A program made the translations under genes and the position numbers. From the IMG/VR virus record IMGVR_UViG_3300031519_004326, positions 1-64,000 of that record: DNA of 64,000 bases; one strand, 5' to 3'. The notes beneath the pieces were generated by a model. The model was not told where the DNA came from, did no database searches, and was given only the letters and a program-made list of their open reading frames with translations. The DNA comes from a virus. Its lineage: Duplodnaviria; Caudoviricetes. Below are positions 47,083 to 56,227 of the stretch, piece by piece. The stretch's first letter is position 1. Every line of letters begins with the position of its first letter.

Positions 47083-47952
47083 ATGTTTGAATTACAAAAA
47101 GAACAACTAGCACAATTAATTCCAGGTAACAAAGAAGTTGACGCTTGGTACGAAGCTCTAGTAGCAGTTATGCCTAAATATGGTATTAACACAGAAAGAA
47201 GAGCTGCACACTTTATCAGTCAGTGCGCTCACGAAAGTAACAACTTTCGTTCATTACAAGAAAATTTAAACTATAGTGAAAAAGCACTCAAGGCTGTGTT
47301 TGGACGTTACTTTGGTGATGCTCCAAAAGCTAATGCAGCAGAATATGCACGTAACCCAGAAAAGATTGCAAACCGTGTTTACTTTGACAAATATCGTAAG
47401 TACAAGATGGGCAATACAAACGAAGGTGACGGTTGGTTATTCCGCGGACGTGGACTAAAACAACTTACTGGTCGCGAGAACTACACCAAGTTTGGTGCTA
47501 GTGTAAATATGACAGCAGAAGAAGCAGCAGAATATGTTGCAACTCCAGCTGGTGCAGTAGAGTCAGCTTGCTGGTTCTGGGACACTAAGAAACTTAATAA
47601 CATTGCGGACACAGACAACGTTACAAAGATGACTAAAGTTATTAACGGCGGCAACATTGGTCTTGCAGATCGACAACAGCGTTATGCTAAAGCAATGGAA
47701 GTATTTGGTAACCCCGTAAGTATTGTAGAAGATGACGGCGATGACAACTTTGACATCGACGAAATTGGTGTACTACGTAAAGGCTCACGTGGCGAAGGCG
47801 TTAAGATGATGCAAGAAGCATTAGGCGTTGGAGCAGACGGAGCATTTGGTCCAGGAACAGAACGTGCGCTTAAAGCGTGGCAAACAGCTAACGGATTAAC
47901 TGCCGATGGCATTGCTGGTCCTGCAACACTCGGAGTACTCTTAGGAGACTGA
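47083..47952 (+). CDS. GH19 endolysin with C-terminal peptidoglycan-binding domain
   Basis: FISQCAHES, FRGRGLKQLTGRENY, INGG; LRKGSRGEGVK...DGAFGPGTE...DGIAGPAT. Confidence 0.92.
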   Translation: MFELQKEQLAQLIPGNKEVDAWYEALVAVMPKYGINTERRAAHFISQCAHESNNFRSLQENLNYSEKALKAVFGRYFGDAPKANAAEYARNPEKIANRVYFDKYRKYKMGNTNEGDGWLFRGRGLKQLTGRENYTKFGASVNMTAEEAAEYVATPAGAVESACWFWDTKKLNNIADTDNVTKMTKVINGGNIGLADRQQRYAKAMEVFGNPVSIVEDDGDDNFDIDEIGVLRKGSRGEGVKMMQEALGVGADGAFGPGTERALKAWQTANGLTADGIAGPATLGVLLGD

Positions 47953-47953
47953 T

Positions 47954-48385
47954 ATGTTTGGCTCATTAAAAATTGCTATTATTTTTGTTATTATCGGCTT
48001 AGCTGGTGGTGGAGTATTGTATGTTAAAAAACTGCAAAACGACCTAGAAACAGCACAAGCAAATGTTGCAAAAATGGAAGTAGCTGTTCAAATAAGTGAA
48101 GCAAGTTTAAAACTTGTAAACGACGAAACAGCAAGACTGGGTGATCTAAATACACAACTCAGTACAGATTTACAAAAAGCAGAGCAGTACGGAGATGAAC
48201 TTCGTGCTACTCTACAACGTCATAATTTGACACACTTGGCTACTAAGAAGCCAGGTTTAATTCAACCAAGAATGCAAGGTGCAACGGATGAACTTTGGAA
48301 TGACTTGGAGTCTATTACTAGCAATACCGCTACTAGCGAGTTGCAGTCTACTGACTCCGGAAGCACAGATACAAATAGTAACTAA
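47954..48385 (+). CDS. inner-membrane spanin (Rz-like)
   Basis: N-terminal TM then long coiled coil, directly after endolysin. Confidence 0.75.
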   Translation: MFGSLKIAIIFVIIGLAGGGVLYVKKLQNDLETAQANVAKMEVAVQISEASLKLVNDETARLGDLNTQLSTDLQKAEQYGDELRATLQRHNLTHLATKKPGLIQPRMQGATDELWNDLESITSNTATSELQSTDSGSTDTNSN

Positions 48386-48662
48386 TACAGTAAAAACTAC
48401 TGTACCAATAGTTGCTCACCCTAAGCCTGTTCAAATGAACAGAGTTAAAATCTATGTGGTTAACGAAGATAACTTCGAAGAGTTTAAAGAAACGTTTTAT
48501 GCTAAGAATGGCGAAACTGCCTGGATTGCAATTAGTGTAAAAGATTACGAAAATCTTTCGTTAAACTTTGCTGAGCTTCGCAGATACATTCAACAACAAA
48601 AAGAAGTTATTGTATACTACGAAGAAGCTGTTAAACCTGAAGAGGTTGACAAACAAGAATAG
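48300..48662 (+). CDS. outer-membrane spanin lipoprotein (Rz1-like)
   Basis: MTWSLLLAIPLLASC lipobox; overlaps 3' end of i-spanin in another frame. Confidence 0.75.
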   Translation: MTWSLLLAIPLLASCSLLTPEAQIQIVTNTVKTTVPIVAHPKPVQMNRVKIYVVNEDNFEEFKETFYAKNGETAWIAISVKDYENLSLNFAELRRYIQQQKEVIVYYEEAVKPEEVDKQE

Positions 48663-48674
48663 TTTTGTTATACT
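48646..48674 (+). promoter_or_regulatory. sigma70-type promoter (iscU copy 1)
   Basis: TTGACA-17 nt-TATACT. Confidence 0.85.
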
Positions 48675-48697
48675 ATTAAAATAATAACTAAAAATTT

Positions 48698-49126
48698 ATG
48701 GCATATTCACAAAAAGTAGTAGATCGTTTTGAAGACGTTCTAAACAACCCGGCAAAGCACGGCGTAGGCCGCTTTGATCCAAAAGATCCTAATGTAGCAA
48801 CAGGAATGACAGGAGCACCGGCGTGTGGCGATGTTATGAAACTTGATTTAAAAGTTAATCCTGACACTGATGTTATTGAAGATGTAAAATTTAAAACATA
48901 CGGATGTGGCAGTGCAATAGCAAGTTCGACAATGTTTGTTGAAATGCTTACTGGTCTTACAATGACAGAAGCATTAGAAATCAAAGATAGAGATATTGCT
49001 GAAGCATTAGAACTTCCTCCAATTAAATTACATTGTTCAGTGTTAGCTGAAGATTCAATTAAACGTGCCCTACAAGACTGGGACGAAAAGAAAGCGAAGC
49101 GTAAACATAACGGAGGACCAAAATAA
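48698..49126 (+). CDS. iscU: Fe-S scaffold IscU, copy 1
   Basis: [28 protein letters not shown]. Confidence 0.95.
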   Translation: MAYSQKVVDRFEDVLNNPAKHGVGRFDPKDPNVATGMTGAPACGDVMKLDLKVNPDTDVIEDVKFKTYGCGSAIASSTMFVEMLTGLTMTEALEIKDRDIAEALELPPIKLHCSVLAEDSIKRALQDWDEKKAKRKHNGGPK

Positions 49127-49311
49127 TGCCATTAAAATTTAAACCAAGCCAAACAATTAGAGATAAATCTGGTAAAACTAGAACCGAACACTTTTATATG
49201 AAGTCTACGTTGATGTCTGATTTAACCGAGGCGTTAGAAAATAAGAACACACATCCTAAAAGACGTCAGAAAATTCGTAATGAACTTTTTAAACGCTCCA
49301 TAAAAGAGTGA
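49126..49311 (+). CDS. hypothetical basic protein
   Basis: 61 aa, coupled. Confidence 0.65.
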   Translation: MPLKFKPSQTIRDKSGKTRTEHFYMKSTLMSDLTEALENKNTHPKRRQKIRNELFKRSIKE

Positions 49312-49409
49312 AAGAACGATTAGGAAATTTAATTAATCGTTTCCTAGAATGGTCTTTCCAACGTAACGCTACCAAGCAATTCAACAAGTCTCAAAAAAAC
49401 AATAAATAA
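49308..49409 (+). CDS. 33-aa hypothetical protein (GTG start)
   Basis: MKERLGNLINRFLEWSFQRNATKQFNKSQKNNK*; GTGA coupling. Confidence 0.4.
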   Translation: MKERLGNLINRFLEWSFQRNATKQFNKSQKNNK

Positions 49410-49473
49410 CTATTAAGCTAGTTCATACTAGCAATAGAAGATACACTAAAAACTAAAATAAGGGGACGCAGCC

Positions 49474-49842
49474 GTGGCGTATTCAGATAAAGTGTTAGAT
49501 CATTACGAAAATCCTCGTAATGTTGGTAAGTGGGATCCGGCAGACAACATCGGAACTGGAATGGTAGGTGCTCCAGCTTGTGGTGATGTTATGCGGTTAC
49601 AAATTAAAGTAGAAGAAGGCATTATTGTTGATGCTAAATTTAAAACATATGGTTGTGGTAGTGCTATTGCAAGTAGTAGCTTACTCACTGAATGGGTTAA
49701 AGGTATGACATTAGAAACAGCAGGTGAGATAAAGAATACCGATCTTGCAACTGAACTTGCTCTTCCACCAGTTAAAATACATTGTAGTGTACTAGCAGAA
49801 GATGCTATTAAATCTGCAATAGCAGATTATAAATCAAAGTGA
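49474..49842 (+). CDS. iscU: Fe-S scaffold IscU, copy 2 (GTG start)
   Basis: [43 protein letters not shown]. Confidence 0.96.
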   Translation: MAYSDKVLDHYENPRNVGKWDPADNIGTGMVGAPACGDVMRLQIKVEEGIIVDAKFKTYGCGSAIASSSLLTEWVKGMTLETAGEIKNTDLATELALPPVKIHCSVLAEDAIKSAIADYKSK

Positions 49843-50165
49843 TAACAATTACTGAGGTTGGTGCAGAACGTGTAACTGGCTTCTTAGAAACCCGTGGCAA
49901 AGGCCTAGGACTTAGAGTTAAGATAAAAACTACTGGGTGTTCGGGGTATGCGTATGTTTTAGAATTCGTTGATGCACTTAATGATGACGATACTATGTTT
50001 GACTCTAATGGTATAAAAATTATTGTTGATAAAAAGTCACTAGTAATGATAGATGGAACTCATCTAGATTATGTCAAAGAAGGACTCAACGAAGGGTTTC
50101 AATTCAAAAATCCCTGGGAAGACGCAACTTGCGGATGTGGCGAATCATTCACTCTTAAACAGTAA
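49839..50165 (+). CDS. iscA: A-type Fe-S carrier IscA, copy 2
   Basis: [17 protein letters not shown]...TCGCGESF. Confidence 0.95.
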   Translation: MITITEVGAERVTGFLETRGKGLGLRVKIKTTGCSGYAYVLEFVDALNDDDTMFDSNGIKIIVDKKSLVMIDGTHLDYVKEGLNEGFQFKNPWEDATCGCGESFTLKQ

Positions 50166-50206
50166 ATAATAATAAATACACATAGTAAAATAAAAAAGGG
50201 TTTATT

Positions 50207-50497
50207 ATGTGGGATTTAATCGAAAGACTAACGGGCGATACTTTGTGGATTTACACAAGTATACTTGGCGCAATAGCTGGCGCTGCATTTCTAGCTTATT
50301 TCAAAGATACAACAGCAGGGCTTTGGTGCTATGCTAAACTAGATCAATTCTTAGACTTCTTAGTTGTAAGATGGGGGTTGACTTGGTTCGAACAGCCTGC
50401 TGACGCCTGGCGTAAAAAATATCCCCACGTTACTAAAAAGATTGATGAGTTAGAAGCTCGTCTTGCTAAACTAGAGGGAAAGAAAAATGGCAAATAA
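50207..50497 (+). CDS. membrane protein
   Basis: N-terminal TM, C-terminal coiled coil. Confidence 0.7.
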   Translation: MWDLIERLTGDTLWIYTSILGAIAGAAFLAYFKDTTAGLWCYAKLDQFLDFLVVRWGLTWFEQPADAWRKKYPHVTKKIDELEARLAKLEGKKNGK

Positions 50498-50822
50498 GAA
50501 AACAATAACAGTTGATGATTCAGTTGCAGCAGCAATGGATGCAAACGGAGATGGACATATCTCCGCAGAAGAAATGGCAATGGACCTTGAGTTCAAACGC
50601 AAGCGTTTAGAAGATCAAGATGCTATGCGTGACGCACAGCGCAATATGGCCTGGTTCGCATTGTTTGGTATGCTACTATACCCGTTCGCCGTTGTACTAG
50701 CAGTTTTAGCGGGCTTAGACCAGGCTGCAACAGTACTAGGGTCAATGGCTCCTACATACTTTGTATCTGTAGCAGCAATTGTAGCAGCGTTTTATGCTAA
50801 AGAAGCTGTAGTCAATAAGTAA
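50487..50822 (+). CDS. EF-hand-containing two-TM membrane protein
   Basis: DANGDGHISAEE canonical EF-hand loop followed by two TM helices. Confidence 0.7.
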   Translation: MANKKTITVDDSVAAAMDANGDGHISAEEMAMDLEFKRKRLEDQDAMRDAQRNMAWFALFGMLLYPFAVVLAVLAGLDQAATVLGSMAPTYFVSVAAIVAAFYAKEAVVNK

Positions 50823-50854
50823 AAACTCTAATAGTCCGTGCGATAAGTAATTGT

Positions 50855-51664
50855 ATGGACTATTATTCTATCTTAGGTGTTCCTAAGAACGCTTCCGAAA
50901 AAGATTTAAAAAAGGCATACAAGAAAGCAAGTATGCAGCACCATCCTGACAGGGGTGGCAACGAAGAAACCTTTAAACAGGTAAACGAAGCATACTCTAC
51001 ATTAAAAGATCCGCAAAAACGTGCAGCGTACGACAATCCTCAACCACAGTACAATTTTAATACAGGCAATATGCAAGGTCATCCGTTTGAAGATATGTTT
51101 TCAGGTTTTGGTTTTGGCGCACAACGTGGTAGACAAAGACGCAATAGTGATGTTACAATAGGACTTAACTTAGATTTAAAAGATGTATTAACCGGTAAGA
51201 ATCTTACTACAAGATATAGACTAGCAAACAATAGAATTAAGGAAGCAGACATAGATATACCAATTGGCGTTCCAGACGGGATTGGTATTCAGTTTCGCGG
51301 ATTAGGAGATGATACAATTCCTAATATAGCGCCCGGAGATTTAATTGTTAAGATAAAAATTAAAAATCCACCAGGTTGGAGTCGGACAGGAAATGATTTG
51401 AAGACAAGTGTTTTTATTACTATCTTTGATTGTTTGTTAGGCGGAGCGGTAGAACTTGTTACACTTGATGGGAAAAGAATAAGAATTACTATACCAAGAG
51501 GAACACAGCCAGGAGCAGTATTTAATGTAGCCGGTCACGGCATTCGTGATATGCAACTAGGCCATCGAGGTAATTTATTTGTAGAAATAAAACCTGTTGT
51601 ACCAAATATTAAAAATGAAATTATACTACAAGACATAGAGAGAATAAAAAATGCACTTAATTAA
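50855..51664 (+). CDS. dnaJ: J-domain co-chaperone (DnaJ class B/CbpA-like, no zinc finger)
   Basis: MDYYSILGV, HHPDRGG, EAYSTLKDP, PGDLIV, GNLFV. Confidence 0.93.
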   Translation: MDYYSILGVPKNASEKDLKKAYKKASMQHHPDRGGNEETFKQVNEAYSTLKDPQKRAAYDNPQPQYNFNTGNMQGHPFEDMFSGFGFGAQRGRQRRNSDVTIGLNLDLKDVLTGKNLTTRYRLANNRIKEADIDIPIGVPDGIGIQFRGLGDDTIPNIAPGDLIVKIKIKNPPGWSRTGNDLKTSVFITIFDCLLGGAVELVTLDGKRIRITIPRGTQPGAVFNVAGHGIRDMQLGHRGNLFVEIKPVVPNIKNEIILQDIERIKNALN

Positions 51665-52157
51665 ATCACCAGATCCGTGGTTACAGAAAAAAGTTGAACC
51701 ATTTGACTTTGATTCGAACGATGCTGACACTATAAGTAAGGAAATGGTCGAGCTTATGACCACTTCAGGAGGCATTGGCCTAAGTGCTAATCAAGTAGGA
51801 CTAGATGCACAAATATTTGTATTAAAACCGCATTTATTAGAAGACAACAATCCGCTTACTATAATTAACCCTGAACTAGTAAGTGTAACAGTTAACTACG
51901 AAGATATGCCGGAAGGATGTTTAAGTCATCCTGATTTATATTTAAAAGTTAAACGTCCACGCGGATTGGTTGCAAAGTATCTTGACATTAACGCAAAAGA
52001 GTGTAAAATAGAACTATACGATATAGATGCAAGATGTTTTTTACACGAGTATGATCATCTTCAAGGTATAGAATTTACTGATAGAGTGTCACGTCTTAAA
52101 ATAGATATGGCAAAGAAAAAACAAAGAAAATTACAGAGGAATAAGATAAATGGTTGA
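51651..52157 (+). CDS. def: peptide deformylase
   Basis: GIGLSANQVG, EGCLS, HEYDHLQG. Confidence 0.96.
   Translation: MHLIKSPDPWLQKKVEPFDFDSNDADTISKEMVELMTTSGGIGLSANQVGLDAQIFVLKPHLLEDNNPLTIINPELVSVTVNYEDMPEGCLSHPDLYLKVKRPRGLVAKYLDINAKECKIELYDIDARCFLHEYDHLQGIEFTDRVSRLKIDMAKKKQRKLQRNKING
51982..52009 (+). promoter_or_regulatory. possible sigma70 promoter inside def, ahead of clpA
   Basis: TTGACA-16 nt-TAAAAT. Confidence 0.55.
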
Positions 52158-54411
52158 ACCAAGTGCAACACTACAATTAGTATTTGATAAATCTATCAAG
52201 GATGCGAAAAAATTACAGCACGAATATGTTACACTAGAACATCTAGTGTTTGCAATGTTATGTGAGGAAAACTTTCATAATCTAGTAACAGGGTTTGGAG
52301 CCGATGTTGATTTTCTTAAATCAAATTTAGAGCATTATTTAAAAAATAATCTAGACGAAATTAAAATTGAAGAGAAAAAATATAAGCCTAAAAAAACACA
52401 GACTGTAGAGCGTGTTCTTAATAGAGCATTTACTCAAGTATTATTTCACGGACGTCCAGAAATTGAATTAACAGATGTATTAATTAGTGTGCTATCTGAA
52501 AAGAAAGCAATGGCTACATATTACTTAGAGCAATCTAAAATAACAAAAGAATCATTTGCAGAATATGTTAGTTCTGAATTAGGTGATCCTGAAGAAGAAG
52601 CTGAAATGTCAGGTGCTTCACAAAAAGCACTTCGTGCATTTACTACTAACCTTAATGACGAAGTAAAACAAAATAAAATTGATCCTGTTATCGGACGTTC
52701 AGAAGAACTAGAAAGTATTGCACTTGCACTAGGTCGTCGAGCAAAGAATAATGTACTGATGGTAGGCGAGCCGGGTGTTGGTAAAACTGCTATTGCAGAA
52801 GGACTAGCTTGGAAAATTGTTAACGGCGATGTGCCAGAGTTTCTAAAAGAATATGCAGTATACAATCTAGACATTGGATCACTACTAGCAGGTTCGAAAT
52901 ATAGAGGCGACTTTGAAGAACGTTTTAAACTTGTACTTGCCGGATTAAAAGGCAAAGGTAAAACTATTATGTTCATCGACGAAGCACATATGATTAGCGG
53001 TGCTGGCGCAGGTGGCGGAAATAGTTCTAACGATCTTGCAAATATGTTAAAGCCTGCATTAAGTAAAGGTAACATTAAAGTTGTTGCATCAACTACTTGG
53101 GAAGAATATCGTAAGTACTTTGAAAAGGATCGTGCATTAATGCGTCGATTCCAACGTGTAACTGTTGATGAACCTACACCAGAAGTAACTAAGGATATCT
53201 TGCGTGGCATTAAGAAATACTACGAAGATTATCACGCAACTGAAATTACAGAAAGTGCTATCGAAGCGGCTGTTAAACTTTCAGTTAAGTATCAAGCAGA
53301 CAAAAAACTACCTGACAAAGCAATTGACTTAATTGATGTTGCGTGTTCACGTTTTAATTTAATTAAAGTAGTTGGTGATAAAATTGTAACCGAAAGTAGT
53401 ATTCAGTTTGAACTTGCTAAAATGCTTAACTTACCTGAAGAACAGGTTGCAGAAAAAGAAACAGAGAATCTTGCAAATCTTGATAAAAACTTAAAGTCTA
53501 CAGTATACGGACAAGATGATGCTATTGATTCAATTGTTGATAAAATTCTTGTAAGTCAAGCAGGACTCAAAGCAGACGATAAGCCAGTAGGTTCGTTTGT
53601 GTTTATGGGACCAACTGGTACAGGTAAAACTGAAACTGCTAAACAGTTAAGTGCGGCACTAGGTGTTAAACTTGTACGCTTTGATATGAGTGAATACCAA
53701 GAGAAGCACAGTGTATCTAAACTATTAGGTTCGCCTCCAGGGTATGTTGGACACGATGAAAAGGGAGGACTGTTGATTGAAAAGATTCAAGAGTCTCCTA
53801 ACTGTGTACTATTACTTGACGAAATAGAAAAGGCACACCCAGACGTATCGCAGATACTATTGCAGATTATGGACAATGGTAAAGTAACTGGTGCTAATGG
53901 TAAGGAAGCTGATGCACGTAATTGTATTCTAATTCTTACTACTAACTTAGGTGCTAAAGATGCTGAGAAGAACACTATTGGATTTAGTGAAGACTTTGAT
54001 GTTGAAAACTACGAAGACAAAGAACTTAAGAAATTCTTTGCACCAGAGTTTAGAAACAGACTTGATGGAGTAATTACATTTGCTAAACTAGGCAAAGAAG
54101 TAATGATGAAGATTGTTGGCAAGTTCCTACTAGAACTTAAAAATATGGTTACTGAGAAAAATGTAATAATTGATATCACTGACGAAGCACTAGACTACTT
54201 AGTTGACAAAGGCTTTGATCCTAAAATGGGTGCAAGACCATTACAGCGTGTAATTGATAAAGATATTAAACGCCCGCTGTCAAGAGAACTGTTGTTTGGT
54301 AATCTTAAAAATGGTGGAAATGTAACCGTAGATGTTAAGGACGGAGAATTAGTATTAAATACTACTAGTATTCCGGAGGAAGCAACTGTTGCAGAATCAT
54401 CAGACAACTAA
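52150..54411 (+). CDS. clpA: ATP-dependent Clp protease ATP-binding subunit ClpA
   Basis: Two AAA+ modules (GEPGVGKT, GPTGTGKT), N-domain HEYVTLEHL, IGF ClpP-docking loop, GARPL. Confidence 0.96.
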   Translation: MVEPSATLQLVFDKSIKDAKKLQHEYVTLEHLVFAMLCEENFHNLVTGFGADVDFLKSNLEHYLKNNLDEIKIEEKKYKPKKTQTVERVLNRAFTQVLFHGRPEIELTDVLISVLSEKKAMATYYLEQSKITKESFAEYVSSELGDPEEEAEMSGASQKALRAFTTNLNDEVKQNKIDPVIGRSEELESIALALGRRAKNNVLMVGEPGVGKTAIAEGLAWKIVNGDVPEFLKEYAVYNLDIGSLLAGSKYRGDFEERFKLVLAGLKGKGKTIMFIDEAHMISGAGAGGGNSSNDLANMLKPALSKGNIKVVASTTWEEYRKYFEKDRALMRRFQRVTVDEPTPEVTKDILRGIKKYYEDYHATEITESAIEAAVKLSVKYQADKKLPDKAIDLIDVACSRFNLIKVVGDKIVTESSIQFELAKMLNLPEEQVAEKETENLANLDKNLKSTVYGQDDAIDSIVDKILVSQAGLKADDKPVGSFVFMGPTGTGKTETAKQLSAALGVKLVRFDMSEYQEKHSVSKLLGSPPGYVGHDEKGGLLIEKIQESPNCVLLLDEIEKAHPDVSQILLQIMDNGKVTGANGKEADARNCILILTTNLGAKDAEKNTIGFSEDFDVENYEDKELKKFFAPEFRNRLDGVITFAKLGKEVMMKIVGKFLLELKNMVTEKNVIIDITDEALDYLVDKGFDPKMGARPLQRVIDKDIKRPLSRELLFGNLKNGGNVTVDVKDGELVLNTTSIPEEATVAESSDN

Positions 54412-55060
54412 ACTATTTTGGGGGGAATACCTATACAAATTTACATTTAATAATAGTATAGGATATATATTTCGTGACAAGAACTTTTCTAGAGCTAGAG
54501 AAGTTCTTGATCAACTCCAAACTGATTACGAACGCGGCAACCCATTAATAATAAAAAAATGGAGTCGCGAAGTTCCACTAAGTGAGCTTTCATTTCTTGA
54601 TGCTAAAACACTTTATAAATTTCTAAGTCGAGCAAACAACTATCAACTTAGAATTGAAGGTAATTCTACTAACATCTATTCAAATAATAAAGAGTGGTTG
54701 CATACTATTAAATGTGCAATTAATAAATCTAATTGGGTAGGATTTTGGGAACCTAGTGAGTATAGTATTAATATTCTTACTCCAAATACTATAATGGTTG
54801 ACAAAGCCAATGGTTACGAATTTAAAGTTACATTAGGTCCTAAACAAAGCGATACGCACGGATTTGCCAACTGGGCTCGAGGAAATCCAAACCAAGTACG
54901 TGTTGGTCCTGTATTAATGAATAATTTAGAAAGCCAAGGATTTGTTAGTGATTTATACTTTTATGCTAGAGACGAAAAAACTGTACAATTATGTAGCCTA
55001 ATGTTATCTAATATAAGGAGAGTTGATAAATTAGTTGTGCAACCTATTAATGATAAATAG
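54389..55060 (+). CDS. hypothetical protein (TTG start)
   Basis: GGAGG RBS inside clpA 3' end, 223 aa. Confidence 0.7.
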   Translation: MQNHQTTKLFWGEYLYKFTFNNSIGYIFRDKNFSRAREVLDQLQTDYERGNPLIIKKWSREVPLSELSFLDAKTLYKFLSRANNYQLRIEGNSTNIYSNNKEWLHTIKCAINKSNWVGFWEPSEYSINILTPNTIMVDKANGYEFKVTLGPKQSDTHGFANWARGNPNQVRVGPVLMNNLESQGFVSDLYFYARDEKTVQLCSLMLSNIRRVDKLVVQPINDK

Positions 55061-55064
55061 TTGT

Positions 55065-55400
55065 ATGAACAGTGAAACCATCTTATCAGCAAATACACAT
55101 CTAGGGGACAGTACTATAGAGACTGTAACTGGAGAGAAATTCAAAGGCGACGGTTACTACGGACGTAGTGACGGTTTCCATACCGTACAATACAGCTACG
55201 CTGGGTTAACAGGAACAATAACTATACAAGGCACCCTTGCTACTAGTCCTGTTGATAGCGACTGGTTCGATGTACATACATATACAGCATCACAAGAAAC
55301 AGCAAGTAAAGTAGCTAACTTTACGGGCAACTATGTATGGATTAGATCAAAAGTAGTATATACTGATGGCACTGTAACCAAGATTCAACTAAATCATTAA
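55065..55400 (+). CDS. putative small virion beta-sandwich protein
   Basis: ATG 5 nt after late box; Thr/Gly/Tyr-rich. Confidence 0.65.
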   Translation: MNSETILSANTHLGDSTIETVTGEKFKGDGYYGRSDGFHTVQYSYAGLTGTITIQGTLATSPVDSDWFDVHTYTASQETASKVANFTGNYVWIRSKVVYTDGTVTKIQLNH

Positions 55401-55411
55401 AGGTAGTAATA

Positions 55412-56008
55412 ATGGAACATTTTGTAAGAGTAGTAATGGAGAAGCAAGATAATTTAAACGAAAGTTTAAATGAGTCAGTATTTCCAGGAAGTGCAATATA
55501 CGAATCCGAACAAGGTGCTAGTATATTTGAAATGCCTTTACCAGCAGAGCTAAGTGAAGAACAAGCAGAAGAATTTGCTAACAAACTAGCAGATTATGTT
55601 TTTGAACAAGGTTATGAAGACTTTGATATTGAAATTAGTGCTGACGGTGATGTATCTGAAGAAGAAGAAACATACGAAGACGATGATGATTTCTTTGCCG
55701 AGTACGGTGAAATGTGGTACAACGAAGACGATGATCCAATTGACGAAGCAGAGTACCAAGGTCGTAAAGTTAAACTAGGCAAGCCTATGCAAGGTGATGT
55801 TAAGAAGTTTAAAGTTTATGTTAAAGATCCCAAGACAGGCAATACTAAAAAAGTAAACTTTGGACACGGCGGTAGCAGTGTTAAAGGTAAGGCTATGAAA
55901 ATTAAGAAAAATAATCCAGCACGTAGACGTTCGTTTAGAGCAAGACATAATTGTGATAATCCAGGGCCACGTACTAAAGCAAGATATTGGAGTTGTAGAA
56001 AATGGTAA
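55412..56008 (+). CDS. acidic-N/basic-C probable internal head protein
   Basis: Acidic first half; IDEA then EYQGRKVKLGKP...RRRSFRARHNC...RYWSCRKW. Confidence 0.7.
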   Translation: MEHFVRVVMEKQDNLNESLNESVFPGSAIYESEQGASIFEMPLPAELSEEQAEEFANKLADYVFEQGYEDFDIEISADGDVSEEEETYEDDDDFFAEYGEMWYNEDDDPIDEAEYQGRKVKLGKPMQGDVKKFKVYVKDPKTGNTKKVNFGHGGSSVKGKAMKIKKNNPARRRSFRARHNCDNPGPRTKARYWSCRKW

Positions 56009-56226
56009 AATCCGTAGCAGAAGAAATTAGAGAACTAGGCGATCGTTTAGCAGCACTGTACGACAAGCCAACAGCAGTTGACGAAGCAGGTGGATACTAC
56101 ACTAAAGATGTATTTGCAATGATTGAAAAAGTTGGCGTTGAACAAGTAATGCGTGATCTTTTAGAATTCCTAGATGGTGATGCAATACAAGACTTTGTAA
56201 ATCATATGGCTAACAAAGAAGAATAA
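56002..56226 (+). CDS. probable internal head protein
   Basis: 74 aa, VDEA site. Confidence 0.6.
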   Translation: MVKSVAEEIRELGDRLAALYDKPTAVDEAGGYYTKDVFAMIEKVGVEQVMRDLLEFLDGDAIQDFVNHMANKEE

Positions 56227-56227
56227 A

